Virus record (IMG/VR): IMGVR_UViG_3300009551_000007
Coordinates: 1-64,000 of that record
DNA length: 64,000 nt
DNA from: a virus
Strand: one strand, 5' to 3'
The number at the start of each line of letters is the position of its first letter. Positions within the stretch are counted from its first letter, which is position 1. The notes beneath the pieces are model-generated. The model saw only the letters and a program-made list of their open reading frames with translations. It was not told the DNA's origin and searched no databases. The translations under genes were made by a program, and so were the position numbers. Positions 9,292-19,335 of the stretch are shown here, piece by piece.

Positions 9292-9939
9292 TTAGCTGTT
9301 GAGAATCGTCCCGGCGGTCGCCAGTCCGCTCGGCTTGACGGTGAACGTGTTACCGTCGGTGACCGTTACCGGCGTGCCGTAGTCCCAGTAGGCGATCAAG
9401 TAGCCCGTGGTTGAGTCGTACACGACCGAGTACTGGAACGGGCCGATGGAACCGCCCGATGCGGTAAACACCACGGCGTCGCCGGCGAGTTCGCAAGCCG
9501 CCTTATGTGACGCCGACCCGCCCGTGGTGCTCGTCGCAGCCGGGGAACTGTCGAGCGACGCCGCACCGCCCGACACGGCAGTGATTAGGTACGTGCCGAC
9601 CCGCCAACCGGAACCGGCGGTGACGGTCAGGTACGTGCCGACCTCGTAGCCGGCGAACGTGTGAGTGACCGAGGTGACTTTCTTATTGTCGGCGGCGTCC
9701 ACCACGAGGTCGGTCACCGAGTACGCCGCGTGCTGGGTCCATGACACGTTCGGGACCGCGTTCCCGCCGCTCGCGTACCCGTTGGCGGCGGTGATTTGCG
9801 TGATGTCGGTCAGTAGCTCGTTGGTGGTCGCGGTCGGGAGCGTGTTCGACAGTGCGACCTTGAGTGCGTCGCTCGAATAGTTGAACTTCGCCTTACCCAG
9901 GTTCAGCGGGTACTTCGTGAACTGCGTTGCGTTGCCCAT
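9292..9939 (-). CDS. Virion structural protein
   Basis: LKVALSN...GYASGG...FTASGGSIGPFQY...LIAYWDYG pattern common in phage tail-associated proteins. Confidence 0.7.
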   Translation of the reverse strand: MGNATQFTKYPLNLGKAKFNYSSDALKVALSNTLPTATTNELLTDITQITAANGYASGGNAVPNVSWTQHAAYSVTDLVVDAADNKKVTSVTHTFAGYEVGTYLTVTAGSGWRVGTYLITAVSGGAASLDSSPAATSTTGGSASHKAACELAGDAVVFTASGGSIGPFQYSVVYDSTTGYLIAYWDYGTPVTVTDGNTFTVKPSGLATAGTILNS

Positions 9940-9956
9940 TATCGACTCCTTGATGG

Positions 9957-11177
9957 TTAGGAAATATCTGTCACTAGCCCACCGGTTACCGTCATAGTTT
10001 TATTAACTCCGCCAACTACAACGGTACAAGTTCCAGTGAATCCGTCAACGGGGTCAGTAGTGCCCCCAGGGTAGATGCTGAACTTGGGTGCCGTCGTGTT
10101 GGCAGCTTTCGTGAGTATGACCCGGTTGTTGGCGATGTCGAAGTTCAGCGATAGGCTGTTCGTGCCGCCCGGATTCCAGGCTGTGATACCGTGACAATCG
10201 GTTATCCCTGACCCAAACGGGCGCAAAAAGTTCGTGATAGTCATCCCGATAGAGTTATCGGATATACTGGGCGTTACTGCACGGGTATAATACCAACCGC
10301 CGTCGTTGTTCCGGTCGTGTATCACCTTAAGCGCGGCGATGTACTGTGCCGTAGCCAAACCGGACGAAATCGCAGTTAGCACGCCCGGAGCGGTCCGGCT
10401 AGCTGCCGTTAGGTTGATTTGCGCCACGCTCCCAGACGGGTTAGTGATGAATAATCCGGTTGAAGTATCAACCGTCAGTGAGGTGGAATTTATGCTTGCT
10501 ACCGGGTACGTCTTGTCGACCCACTTCAGCCCAGTAGATTGAGTCGAGTCTGCTGTTATTATCTGCCCATTCGTACCTACGGGCAGGCGAAAGTCGATAG
10601 TAGACGTCCGAATATAGATGTCGCCCTTTGCTGACAGCGGGGAGGTGAACGTGGTCGGCGTGGCCCATTTCATACCGAGGGTGTTCGTCGAATCGGCTGT
10701 GATAACCTGACCGTTAGAGCCTACGGGTAAGCGTGTGTTGAGGGTCGAGTAGACCCATACGTCACCCTTAGTGGTGAGCGGGGACGTCAGGCCGCTGGAG
10801 AAGCTGACCGGGGTAGCGAACCAGGCACCGAACCGTTCGCGGTGAATCTCGATCCAGTCGTCCTCAGCGAACGCGACGTTGGTGGCGTTGTAGACGGTCT
10901 GTTCGCTCCCCGACACCGCCTCTAGTTCCGCGCCCGAACCGGTATCGGGGAGGAGCCGGTAGAGCGGGCACGACGCGACGCCCGGAACTACGCCGGTCAT
11001 CGCCGCGAGACCGCCGGACGGGACGCGAGCAATATAGGTGCCGGGGGCCGGCTGGTCGAGGATGTCGAGGTCGCGCACGTCGCGGTTCACGGTCGGCGCG
11101 CCACCGTCCCGATACCACGCGATTAGTTCGCGGAGCACTTCGACGTCCGACTTCGACAGTGTTATTAGACTGGCCAT
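9957..11177 (-). CDS. Tail fibre protein with internal repeat
   Basis: Two copies of SPL(T/S)xKGD...RLPVG(S/T)NGQ(V/I)ITADST..G(M/L)KW. Confidence 0.75.
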   Translation of the reverse strand: MASLITLSKSDVEVLRELIAWYRDGGAPTVNRDVRDLDILDQPAPGTYIARVPSGGLAAMTGVVPGVASCPLYRLLPDTGSGAELEAVSGSEQTVYNATNVAFAEDDWIEIHRERFGAWFATPVSFSSGLTSPLTTKGDVWVYSTLNTRLPVGSNGQVITADSTNTLGMKWATPTTFTSPLSAKGDIYIRTSTIDFRLPVGTNGQIITADSTQSTGLKWVDKTYPVASINSTSLTVDTSTGLFITNPSGSVAQINLTAASRTAPGVLTAISSGLATAQYIAALKVIHDRNNDGGWYYTRAVTPSISDNSIGMTITNFLRPFGSGITDCHGITAWNPGGTNSLSLNFDIANNRVILTKAANTTAPKFSIYPGGTTDPVDGFTGTCTVVVGGVNKTMTVTGGLVTDIS

Positions 11178-11184
11178 ATTTCGC

Positions 11185-11267
11185 TTCTACGGCATTTTCG
11201 TTCGTAACCGTGTAAAGAGACGTTTAACCGCTAAAGTCGCTAATCCGGGCATTTCCGGTGCTAGAAA
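11185..11267 (+). repeat. Intergenic GCTAGAAA motif element (copy 2)
   Basis: GCATTTCCGGTGCTAGAAA at 11249-11267 in a roughly 95-nt intergenic gap. Confidence 0.5.
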
Positions 11268-11272
11268 CTGTA

Positions 11273-11824
11273 CTAAACCGGAAAGAGAACGATCATTACG
11301 GGAACCGAACCGCTCCGGGCGCGAATCCGGAGCCGGGAAGCCTCTCCCTGGAGGAAAGGAGTGAGGCGAGCCGATTCGCCGGGTGGGACGACGCCGAAGC
11401 CGTAGAGGGTCGTGTCGTCCACCGCTAGACCTATCTCGACCGAGTTCGCCGGCCAGTCGTACTCCGACGCTCGGTCGGGCGGTTTCGTCGCCGGCGGTGT
11501 CCCGGTGTTGACGATCACGATCAGGCCGGGCCGGGGCACTCGTGAGAGGTCGAACCCGGTCCACCACGTGTCGAGCGTGACTTCCATCTCGTCGGGCGGT
11601 GAATTTTCGGCATGGAGCCTCATGAACCGTTCGTTGACGACTTTCGGATCATGTGCCGACGCACGCTGAAGGTATATCTGCCCGGTGACGGCGGTCCGCG
11701 CCTTGTGAGGTTCGACCTGGGGCGTCCCGACGCCCTTTATTCCCCTCAGAGAGCCTTTGTCGGGCGTCCTCAGTCCGGGGGCCGGTAGCGAGGGCACGGC
11801 TTGAGGCATGTGCGGAGTAGTCAT
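11273..11824 (-). CDS. Hypothetical tail-region protein
   Basis: 183 aa ORF, GGAGG SD. Confidence 0.7.
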   Translation of the reverse strand: MTTPHMPQAVPSLPAPGLRTPDKGSLRGIKGVGTPQVEPHKARTAVTGQIYLQRASAHDPKVVNERFMRLHAENSPPDEMEVTLDTWWTGFDLSRVPRPGLIVIVNTGTPPATKPPDRASEYDWPANSVEIGLAVDDTTLYGFGVVPPGESARLTPFLQGEASRLRIRARSGSVPVMIVLFPV

Positions 11825-11834
11825 GTCGCCTCCG

Positions 11835-13130
11835 TTAGAAGGTCAGCGGTACGTTTAGGAGCGTGAAGTCCGAACCGTTGTAGAACTCCACGTGGATCTT
11901 GCCTGGCTGGGTCTCGACGCGCTCGATGACGATTTCTGCCGGCCCTAATGCGTTCGGGTCGCTCTTCACCATTACGTTGGGGCCCATGTCGTGCCAGTGG
12001 TCGTTGTCCATCGTCCAGCCGGTGCCGCCGTAGCTGGAGTGACTGAGCACCCAGTTCGGTGCCGAGTAGTCGAGGACGACGCTGACGCCCCCCGTGACCG
12101 ACTCCCAGTGACATACCGTCGTATGGGTGATCTGGTAAACGGGTAGGTCGCTTACGCCCGTGAACCCGCTGACGTTCCAGCTGACCGGTGCGCCGTCGGG
12201 CGACGTCGGGCAGTCCAGTGTCCGGTCCAGTGTCGGGTCGAACGGGCTGCCCGCGCCGTCGAGGATCACGCGACAGTTCTCGCCGTTGCGGTCCTTGTAG
12301 CGGTCGAAGTGGTTCGGGTTGAGTGCGTCCGGATACACCGGCATGAGCGTGCCCGGATCAATCCATACCGGGTCGAGCACCCAGTGGCCGGTGTCCTTGT
12401 CCCAGTGGCCCCGGAGGGCCTTACTGCCCTCGTCGAGGATGTCACGGTCCCAAGTGTCCGGGTTGATCTCGAACTCGAACGTGCGCGTGTAGTAGAAGAA
12501 GCACTGGCCGTAATACTTCTTCTCCCAACTGATGTTCGACAGTTTCACGGTCCGCGGCGCGCAGCCCCATATTGGGTACGTGTTGACGGTGTCGATGAGC
12601 GCGACCAGGAGAGACAACTGGAGGTCGGCGACGTTCTGCTCGATCTTGAGATTGGGGGCGTTCACGTCCCATTCGTTGTGCGGGCCGCGAATCTGTTCGC
12701 GGGAGGACGTCGTCACCGCCTCGTTGAATCTGTCTTCGGTCGCTTCGCGCTTGCTCGCTTTGAAGCCGCCCGACACCTTCTGCGGTTCCATGAGCGGGTC
12801 TTGTATGGTCGTGTCGTTGCACCGCTGGGACTGGGGGCTGACGGGCTTGGTCGAGAACGTCTGTTCGACCTTCCACCAGACGTTCGGGTCACCCTCTTTC
12901 TCGTCGTGTATGGTGATCTTCGCCGTCGGGAGACAGTACGCCCACGGGTCGTAGTCGTTGTCGAAGTTCCAGACGCTACCGGGGAGCGGGAGTGCCGGGC
13001 AGCTGAGGACGACCGTCGGCCCGTCGAGCGGGGAGTCGGTGACGATCAGCCATACAACAGTGTACGTGCGGTTCCCGTCGTCGCCGCGCGACACGCTGTG
13101 GGTTCTGCGGCCCTTTATGTGAGCTGCCAT
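11835..13130 (-). CDS. Minor tail protein (follows tape measure)
   Basis: Start reassigned to ATG 13130 (TAATG overlap with the tape measure stop); synteny. Confidence 0.7.
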   Translation of the reverse strand: MAAHIKGRRTHSVSRGDDGNRTYTVVWLIVTDSPLDGPTVVLSCPALPLPGSVWNFDNDYDPWAYCLPTAKITIHDEKEGDPNVWWKVEQTFSTKPVSPQSQRCNDTTIQDPLMEPQKVSGGFKASKREATEDRFNEAVTTSSREQIRGPHNEWDVNAPNLKIEQNVADLQLSLLVALIDTVNTYPIWGCAPRTVKLSNISWEKKYYGQCFFYYTRTFEFEINPDTWDRDILDEGSKALRGHWDKDTGHWVLDPVWIDPGTLMPVYPDALNPNHFDRYKDRNGENCRVILDGAGSPFDPTLDRTLDCPTSPDGAPVSWNVSGFTGVSDLPVYQITHTTVCHWESVTGGVSVVLDYSAPNWVLSHSSYGGTGWTMDNDHWHDMGPNVMVKSDPNALGPAEIVIERVETQPGKIHVEFYNGSDFTLLNVPLTF

Positions 13131-15769
13131 TACGTCTCCAGGTCCGCAGGGTCGATCTCGACGACGGCGGCTCTGTCCGCCTTGAGCACTTTCAAAATCT
13201 CGTTCAGTATCTCGGTGGCCGGGTCGTTCCCCATGTCGACCTTCCACTTGCCGAAATCAATCGGGTTGGCTTCGACCTGGTTGCCGACCGCAGCGCCGAC
13301 GGGCTTGGCGGGCGGCGGCACGAACGGCGTCTTGGGTGCCTGATCGAGTATCTTGTCGCGGAACTCGGCGATGCGGGCGAACGCTTCGGCGGAACCGTAC
13401 AGTGCGGCGTCGAACTTATGTAGTTCCTTACCCAGGCCCTTGTTGACGGCGTCGCCGGTCTTCTTGCCGAAGTCCTCCGCAGGGCCGAAGTCGCCGCCGC
13501 CGGAGAAGAACGGCTTGTCCTTGATCTCCTGACGCACGTCCTCGACCGCCTGGCGTGCCTTCTTGGTCCGGTCGCTCTCGAACACGTCGAAGTCGTCGGT
13601 GAGGCGCTTCATTTGTAGTTCGGCGATCTTCACGTTCAGTTTCATGGCCATGTCGCCGGCTATCGCGCTCTCCTTTTTCAGCCGCGCAACCGTGTCATCG
13701 AACACGCCGAGCACGTCGAGGTTCTTGATCATCGTCGCCAGGAACGAACCACTGGCCTTCAGGAACGCCGCCTCGAACTGTGAGCCGGCGAGGTCGGCCA
13801 GGACGCGGAACCCGTTCTTGATGAACTCCCATAGGGGCGGCCAGAGGTCTTGCATTTGCGACACGGCCAGTTCCATACCGGCGCGGGCGAGCTTCCAGGC
13901 CAGCGGGAGGTCGGTCTGCGCTGCCGCCGCCACTTCCTTTACCAGCCCCACCCATTCGCTAATCATGCCGCCGATTATCTCCAGCGGCGTGGGGTCCATG
14001 TGGGATATGAGCTGACCGACCGCCGCCACTGCGACGTATGCGGCGTAGGCGGCCGACGCCATTAGCCCTACGACCGATGCGACCAGGACGAACGCCGCAG
14101 CTAGACCTGCTAGGGCGAGCGTCGCGGTAATGATCGTCACCGGTGCGAGGAGCACGTTCATGGCGGTGAGAGCGGCGTTGAATAACCAGGCCGCCACTTT
14201 CGCGACCACGGCCACTACCGACCAGCCGCCCGTCGCCGTCGCGCCCGCCGCCACGACCAGATCGTACAGTGACATGGCGGCGTTCGCGCCCCACACCGCC
14301 GCCGAGAATATGCCGGTGATTACCGACGCGGTCAATAACACGCCCTTCCAAAGCAACCATAAGCCGATACTGATTACCTGCTGAATACCCAGGACAGACA
14401 TGACCGTCTCGACCAGTCCGAGCGTCGCAATAAACAGGTTCCACACGACGATGCCGGCGAGGACCGCGCCCGTGGCGGCGACGATGTTCGCGACCAGATC
14501 GCCGTTGGTCGCCACGAACTCCTTCACGGCGACTGCCGTTTCGTTCAATAGGGCGACGAAATTCTGCCAAGCTCCTACGCCGGAATCCTTCAGCTCCTTA
14601 CCCAGTTCCACGAACCCGTACTGGATGAGATCGAGGACGTTGATGACCTGAACACCGACCGTTTTCAGGTACGCGAACGTATTGGTTATCCCGCCCATGG
14701 ACTGAATGAAGTTCGTCCCGGCGACGACCAGTGCGACCAGGCCGGCCACAGCAGCCATGAAGAATATGTTGAAGCCGCCGAACACTAGCCCGACGGCCGA
14801 CGACAGCGAGAAGAACGCGACCGTCAATAGCCCTATGGCACCGGTCATCACTATTACGCCCGCAGCCGCACTCATGAACTGGGGCGACAGGTTCTGAATC
14901 CACTCGGTGGTCTGTTGGGCGAACGACGACACCTGCTTAACCATGTCCTTTAGGTTGAGGTTATCTATGAGCGACTTGCCGATCTCGCGGAGGGAGGCGT
15001 CAATGTCGTCCTGCATGGTCGAAAACAGGCCCTTGACGGTCTTACTTGCCTCCTCCATGCCATTGTGGAACCGCCCGCCTTCCTTGGTCGCCGACTCGAA
15101 CGCCTTGGTGACGTCCTCGACACTAATGCCGCCCTTCTCCATCTTCTTCGTGAGGTCGGCGACGCTCACGCCCGTGGTGCGGGCGATCTCCTGGAGGGGA
15201 TTAAACCCGGCTGACCGCATTTGCATGAGGTCTTGACCCATTAGGTGCCCGGCGGCTTTCATCTGCCCGAACGCCAGGGCCATACTCATCATACGCTGTT
15301 GGTCACCGCCCGCAACGTCGCCGAGCATGCGGAGGGTCGGGATCAGATCGCCGGCGGCGACGTCGAACTGGAGGAGGAGCTTCGCGGCACGGCTCACGCC
15401 CTCCATGTTAAGGGGCGTCGTCGCCGCAAAGTTGGTGAGCATACCGACGAGCTTTTGGCCGTCCGCCGCCGACTGAAGGAGGACGCCGAACTCCGTCTGT
15501 ACAGCCTCCATGTCTGCGGCTTTACGGACGGCGTTGAAGGCGGTCTGGACCGCGCCGGCGAACCCCAGTAGCGGCGCGCCCAGCCCGACGACCGTTTGAC
15601 CGATTTGCGACAGCGAGGTGGTAACGTTCGTACTGGCCTGCGCGACCGACGACGAGATACTGGACGTGGCCTGTGCCGCGATCTGCTGTGCCTCCTTCCA
15701 CATTGCGGTATGTGAGGAGCCGTCGCCGAGCAGTCGAACAATCATGCGCTCCAGCTCGAACTCGTTCAC
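13130..15769 (-). CDS. Tape measure protein
   Basis: 879 aa; FAATTP...LGDVAGGD...FGQMKAAGHLMGQDLMQM...STMQD tape-measure domain, long hydrophobic helical region. Confidence 0.93.
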   Translation of the reverse strand: MNEFELERMIVRLLGDGSSHTAMWKEAQQIAAQATSSISSSVAQASTNVTTSLSQIGQTVVGLGAPLLGFAGAVQTAFNAVRKAADMEAVQTEFGVLLQSAADGQKLVGMLTNFAATTPLNMEGVSRAAKLLLQFDVAAGDLIPTLRMLGDVAGGDQQRMMSMALAFGQMKAAGHLMGQDLMQMRSAGFNPLQEIARTTGVSVADLTKKMEKGGISVEDVTKAFESATKEGGRFHNGMEEASKTVKGLFSTMQDDIDASLREIGKSLIDNLNLKDMVKQVSSFAQQTTEWIQNLSPQFMSAAAGVIVMTGAIGLLTVAFFSLSSAVGLVFGGFNIFFMAAVAGLVALVVAGTNFIQSMGGITNTFAYLKTVGVQVINVLDLIQYGFVELGKELKDSGVGAWQNFVALLNETAVAVKEFVATNGDLVANIVAATGAVLAGIVVWNLFIATLGLVETVMSVLGIQQVISIGLWLLWKGVLLTASVITGIFSAAVWGANAAMSLYDLVVAAGATATGGWSVVAVVAKVAAWLFNAALTAMNVLLAPVTIITATLALAGLAAAFVLVASVVGLMASAAYAAYVAVAAVGQLISHMDPTPLEIIGGMISEWVGLVKEVAAAAQTDLPLAWKLARAGMELAVSQMQDLWPPLWEFIKNGFRVLADLAGSQFEAAFLKASGSFLATMIKNLDVLGVFDDTVARLKKESAIAGDMAMKLNVKIAELQMKRLTDDFDVFESDRTKKARQAVEDVRQEIKDKPFFSGGGDFGPAEDFGKKTGDAVNKGLGKELHKFDAALYGSAEAFARIAEFRDKILDQAPKTPFVPPPAKPVGAAVGNQVEANPIDFGKWKVDMGNDPATEILNEILKVLKADRAAVVEIDPADLET

Positions 15770-15787
15770 GGCGTCCTCCCTTCCGCG

Positions 15788-16228
15788 TTAGTCGTTCTCG
15801 TTCGGCTCGTCGGCGAACGGGTTTTCGTCCGGGTCGTCGGGTGCCGTCCCGCCGTACCTGCGCGGCAGTCCGCGAATCTTGTCGAGGCCGCCAAACATGG
15901 CCGCGAACCCTTCCAGTGCCGCCCGTGACACTTCCTCGTCGCTGAGCTGTTTAGCGTCCCGCCGCCGGCCGCGGTTGAAAACGAGTCGCTGCTTGTCGAG
16001 GTCGACGCGCGTGCCCTTCTTCGAGTTGGACTGGATGAAGAGCTGGATGAGGCGCATCATGTAGAAGTCGCCCCGGTCCGGCATGTCCCATTTCATGTCC
16101 CGCCAGGTGTCGAGGGCGGCGTACTGGCGGTAGGTCATGGGCCCGTCCCAGCCCATTAGCTCGTGGAGGAGCCGCCCGGATTCGGCGGCTAGGTCGAACA
16201 GACCTCCCCATTGAGCTGCTCTTTTCCC
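15788..16228 (-). CDS. Tail assembly chaperone, -1 frameshift extension (gpGT-like C-terminal part)
   Basis: Open -1 frame from the slippery site reads RAAQWGGLFDLAAESGRLLHELMGWDGPMTYRQ into ORF 15788-16156. Confidence 0.8.
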   Translation of the reverse strand, partial: GKRAAQWGGLFDLAAESGRLLHELMGWDGPMTYRQYAALDTWRDMKWDMPDRGDFYMMRLIQLFIQSNSKKGTRVDLDKQRLVFNRGRRRDAKQLSDEEVSRAALEGFAAMFGGLDKIRGLPRRYGGTAPDDPDENPFADEPNEND

Positions 16229-16761
16229 TCAGTAGTTTCCCCCAGGGGCTTGTTGTTGTCTTCGCGGAGCTTCGCCAGCCGCTCGTTCAGCTTGCCGATC
16301 TCCTTTTCCAGCGCCTCTTCCGTCTGCGGTTCCTCCTTCAAGTCGGAATGGAACCTCACCCATTCGGCGAGGCGCTTCGTGACGCGGTGTTCGAGCGACG
16401 CGACCAGCTGGGGTGAAGTCGCGACCAGCTGGGGCTGACCGTTGACGGTGACCTTGTCGTTGATCTCGAACAGACATAACGAGACGAGGAGCGGGTCGGC
16501 GTCGGCCAGACCCTCGACGCCGACCACTTTCGCGTCTTGCATCTTGGCGGCTTTCATCGCCGCGTTCCGGTAGCGGCGCGCCGCCTCGGTGGACGCCTCT
16601 TTCAAGACGAACTTACGGTTGGGGGCACGTGGGATGTTGTTGACGGGGACGGAGGCGGGCCGGAGGTCGGCGAAGTCGAAGCCGTTGACGACGTCGAAGA
16701 ACTCCGTGGTGAACACGTCCGGTTCTTCGGCGTCGGGGACTTGAATAACTGAGTCAGACAC
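16189..16761 (-). CDS. Tail assembly chaperone (gpG-like)
   Basis: Between tail tube and tape measure genes; ends shortly after an in-frame G GGA AAA heptamer. Confidence 0.8.
   Translation of the reverse strand: MSDSVIQVPDAEEPDVFTTEFFDVVNGFDFADLRPASVPVNNIPRAPNRKFVLKEASTEAARRYRNAAMKAAKMQDAKVVGVEGLADADPLLVSLCLFEINDKVTVNGQPQLVATSPQLVASLEHRVTKRLAEWVRFHSDLKEEPQTEEALEKEIGKLNERLAKLREDNNKPLGETTEGKEQLNGEVCST
16222..16228 (-). other. Programmed -1 ribosomal frameshift site GGGAAAA
   Basis: Codons GAG GGA AAA give X XXY YYZ in the correct phase. Confidence 0.85.
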
Positions 16762-16809
16762 AGGTTAGCTCCTTGGTTGACTACGGGGCGAACGAGGCGC
16801 GGCGAGCCG

Positions 16810-17286
16810 TTAGGCGTGTGCGACGAATACGGGTGCGGATTCCGACCCGTCCGCCGGGTCGATATTGGTGATCGAGAGCGTGCACGTGGCCACGGGGAAG
16901 TCGCCGTCGAACACGGACGGCGGTGCCATGGACTTGAGACCACCGTGGAAGCACACACCGTCCCCGGTCGGCATGTAGACCGTGACCGACGTGTTGACGC
17001 CGCACTGGGCCAACATTTGGGTCATGTAGTTCTGGTCGAACCCGGCCTCGAACGAGGCGTCCGTGATCGTCTTGAGAGCACGGAACGCCATTTGTCGGAG
17101 GACATTGTTGTGCTGAGTGGTGATGTCGATCATGTCGCCGGCGTCCACGCCCGATAGCATCACGCCCCGCTCCCACAGCGCGAGCGTCGGGTTATTGGCG
17201 AACACGATCAAGAGGCGGTAGCCGTTCTTGAACCGGTTGCCGCCGGGAATGCGGTCGGCCATCGGTGTCGGCGTCGGGTCGGCCAT
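16810..17286 (-). CDS. Major tail (tube) protein
   Basis: 158 aa with IDITT motif; position upstream of chaperone and tape measure. Confidence 0.75.
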   Translation of the reverse strand: MADPTPTPMADRIPGGNRFKNGYRLLIVFANNPTLALWERGVMLSGVDAGDMIDITTQHNNVLRQMAFRALKTITDASFEAGFDQNYMTQMLAQCGVNTSVTVYMPTGDGVCFHGGLKSMAPPSVFDGDFPVATCTLSITNIDPADGSESAPVFVAHA

Positions 17287-17298
17287 GGTACGTCCTCG

Positions 17299-17751
17299 TT
17301 AGTTGGTAGGTGTGATCGTGAGCCAGACGTTTAGTACGGCGGTCTCACGCGCGGATTCTCGCTCCGGGCCCATGGGGATGCCGTTGTCCCGCCGCGTGAC
17401 GTTCTCCAGCAGGTACGTCTTCGCGCCGAGAGTCACCGTCACGCGGTAAAAGTGGGCCCGGTCGGTGTCGAAGGCGTTCGCCAGCTGGTTCAGCTTAACC
17501 CATAGTGACGGCTTATCGTTGGCGCGGAGCACTAGCTGGACGCCGTAGAACTCGTCGCGGTCGCCAGTCCCGTAATGGCCTCCGACCCGTCCGTGAGTGT
17601 CCTTACAAGTTATCACGAGGTCGGGCTTGTTCGGTTCAGTACCGACCGAAACCGGCCAGCTGCCCGTCGTGTTGGGCATTACGCCGAGGCCCGCCGCCAC
17701 TAGCGCGTACCTGAGCACGTCCGCCGGCGAATGTTCAAGTAACTGAGACAT
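17299..17751 (-). CDS. Tail terminator/completion protein
   Basis: Start reassigned to MSQLLEHSP; synteny; VGTEPNKPD...VQLVLRA pattern. Confidence 0.65.
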   Translation of the reverse strand: MSQLLEHSPADVLRYALVAAGLGVMPNTTGSWPVSVGTEPNKPDLVITCKDTHGRVGGHYGTGDRDEFYGVQLVLRANDKPSLWVKLNQLANAFDTDRAHFYRVTVTLGAKTYLLENVTRRDNGIPMGPERESARETAVLNVWLTITPTN

Positions 17752-18118
17752 TACTGGCGTCCCTCTCGATCTGCGTGATCGCCGACCCGCGCAAGTTACC
17801 ACTGTCAACGGGTACGATCAACTGACTCTCGCGCTGGATCAGGAGGGCACCGGCGTAGATCGCCTGTGCGAGGGTCGCGCCCCGCCTCAGTGCCTCTTGT
17901 ATGATCTTTCTCACTTCGGGCTGGAGGCGGTGCGCCGGTTCGATCAGGTACTTGGCCTGGCCGTTCGGGTGGACGGCTTTCAGGTCTTCGTGCACTCTTA
18001 GTGCGTAGGATGCTGTGTAACCGACAATCACTGAACAGCTGTTCTTGAGCGACTCCTTGTATTTCGCGTCGATCACCGCACGGAGGCGGGAATAGTTCTC
18101 GAACACGACCTTCATCAT
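17735..18118 (-). CDS. HK97 gp10-like neck protein
   Basis: GYTASYALRVHE, GQAKYL, VPVDSGNLRGS. Confidence 0.75.
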   Translation of the reverse strand: MMKVVFENYSRLRAVIDAKYKESLKNSCSVIVGYTASYALRVHEDLKAVHPNGQAKYLIEPAHRLQPEVRKIIQEALRRGATLAQAIYAGALLIQRESQLIVPVDSGNLRGSAITQIERDASNVSVT

Positions 18119-18492
18119 GGCGGTGTCACGGCCGGTAGCGCCGCGCCTTGTCGCGTGAGATTGAGCTGGCGGCGAACGTACATGCCCCGCAGGTCACTCG
18201 CCTCTTGCCCCGACGCCACTTTCATATACTGGTTGTCTGCCGCCGAACCGTTGTAGTCGGCGAGGCAACCCCTCATCATGATCGAATCCACGGGCACGTC
18301 GGTGTCGACGATGACCTGAGCGTCTATCGCGATCTTCTGACCGTCGTCGCCCGTACCGGCGGTCCGCTTAGGCATCCAGCGGCAGTCGACCTGGACGGGC
18401 GCGGCTACCGTTGCCTTACCGTAGGCGTCTACGCCCGTGGCCCGCCAAAGGATAGCCGTATGAATCAAGTCCGAGTCTTCGATAGGAGGCAT
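18115..18492 (-). CDS. Head closure protein
   Basis: DAYG...CRW pattern; synteny after the adaptor. Confidence 0.6.
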   Translation of the reverse strand: MPPIEDSDLIHTAILWRATGVDAYGKATVAAPVQVDCRWMPKRTAGTGDDGQKIAIDAQVIVDTDVPVDSIMMRGCLADYNGSAADNQYMKVASGQEASDLRGMYVRRQLNLTRQGAALPAVTPP

Positions 18493-18575
18493 TTCTAGCA
18501 CCGTATTCGCTCGTAGCGGCACGAACACCGTAGGGAGTCCACGAACCTACGGCTCTCGCGCTCGTGCCGCTACGA
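18492..18575 (-). repeat. Intergenic long hairpin plus GCTAGAAA motif element (copy 3)
   Basis: TCGTAGCGGCACGA 18511-18524 pairs with TCGTGCCGCTACGA 18562-18575, inner CCGTAGG/CCTACGG; GCGAATACGGTGCTAGAAA on the - strand 18510-18492. Confidence 0.7.
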
Positions 18576-18580
18576 TGCTC

Positions 18581-19015
18581 CTAAGTGGCCATAGGGGAAC
18601 CGTCGATCTGATCCGTCCCGGCCCAAAATCCCCCCGGTTCCTCCGCGCCCTCTTTCATCACTGTCGCCAGTAGCCCGGACGGGTCCATGTTTTTCGCGAC
18701 TTGGCCGTAGGTAGTAGAGTCGAGACCCATACCGGTCTTGCCGGCATAGCTGGCCGACGCACCCAATGTCGACTTGTTGCTGAACTGTCGGTCACTCATC
18801 TTGTACAAGTGTGCGGCCAGCCAAAGCTCGACGAGCGCGGCGTCAGCGGCTTCGACGTGATCGACGTCCGTCCTCACGTTCGCCTTTGCCACTAGGCGGT
18901 CGACGATGCGGCTGGCCGACGCGATGAAGGGCCGGAGCGTCGGGTTGCGGCGCAAGTCGTAATCGCCGCCCGGTGCCAGTATCTCACGGACGGCGGCATC
19001 AGTGTTCCTCGCCAT
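18581..19015 (-). CDS. Head-tail adaptor (DUF4054-like)
   Basis: ELWLAAHL...LDSTTYGQ motif. Confidence 0.7.
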   Translation of the reverse strand: MARNTDAAVREILAPGGDYDLRRNPTLRPFIASASRIVDRLVAKANVRTDVDHVEAADAALVELWLAAHLYKMSDRQFSNKSTLGASASYAGKTGMGLDSTTYGQVAKNMDPSGLLATVMKEGAEEPGGFWAGTDQIDGSPMAT

Positions 19016-19113
19016 GTCGACAGTCCCCCCCCCGTCGAACGGTCCGAATCGTATAGAGACGCCCGCCCCGCCACAGGAACGAGGCGAGCGTCCTAGTAAC
19101 GCCTGCCGTGTTA

Positions 19114-19335
19114 CTAGCCCTTGTGAGCGGCGATGAGGTCTTTCAAGAAACTCACCACCGCGTCGTCGTACTTGTTACTGGTCCCGGCGGCGAAGCTCTC
19201 CAGCGTCGGGAGCACCCGCTCGGCACCGGCAATCACTTCGTCGATCACGTGCCCTGCCGTCTCGATGTTCGGTAGCATCGCCTTCATCGGTTCCTTCGCA
19301 TGACACGGCTTGGATGCCTTGATTTTGTCTGCCAT
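19114..19335 (-). CDS. Hypothetical protein
   Basis: MADKIKAS..., AAGGAG SD. Confidence 0.6.
   Translation of the reverse strand: MADKIKASKPCHAKEPMKAMLPNIETAGHVIDEVIAGAERVLPTLESFAAGTSNKYDDAVVSFLKDLIAAHKG

Noticed and set aside
5520-11177. Diversity-generating retroelement or invertible tail-fibre cassette
   Set aside because: No reverse transcriptase, invertase or adenine-variant template/variable repeat pair seen in the window
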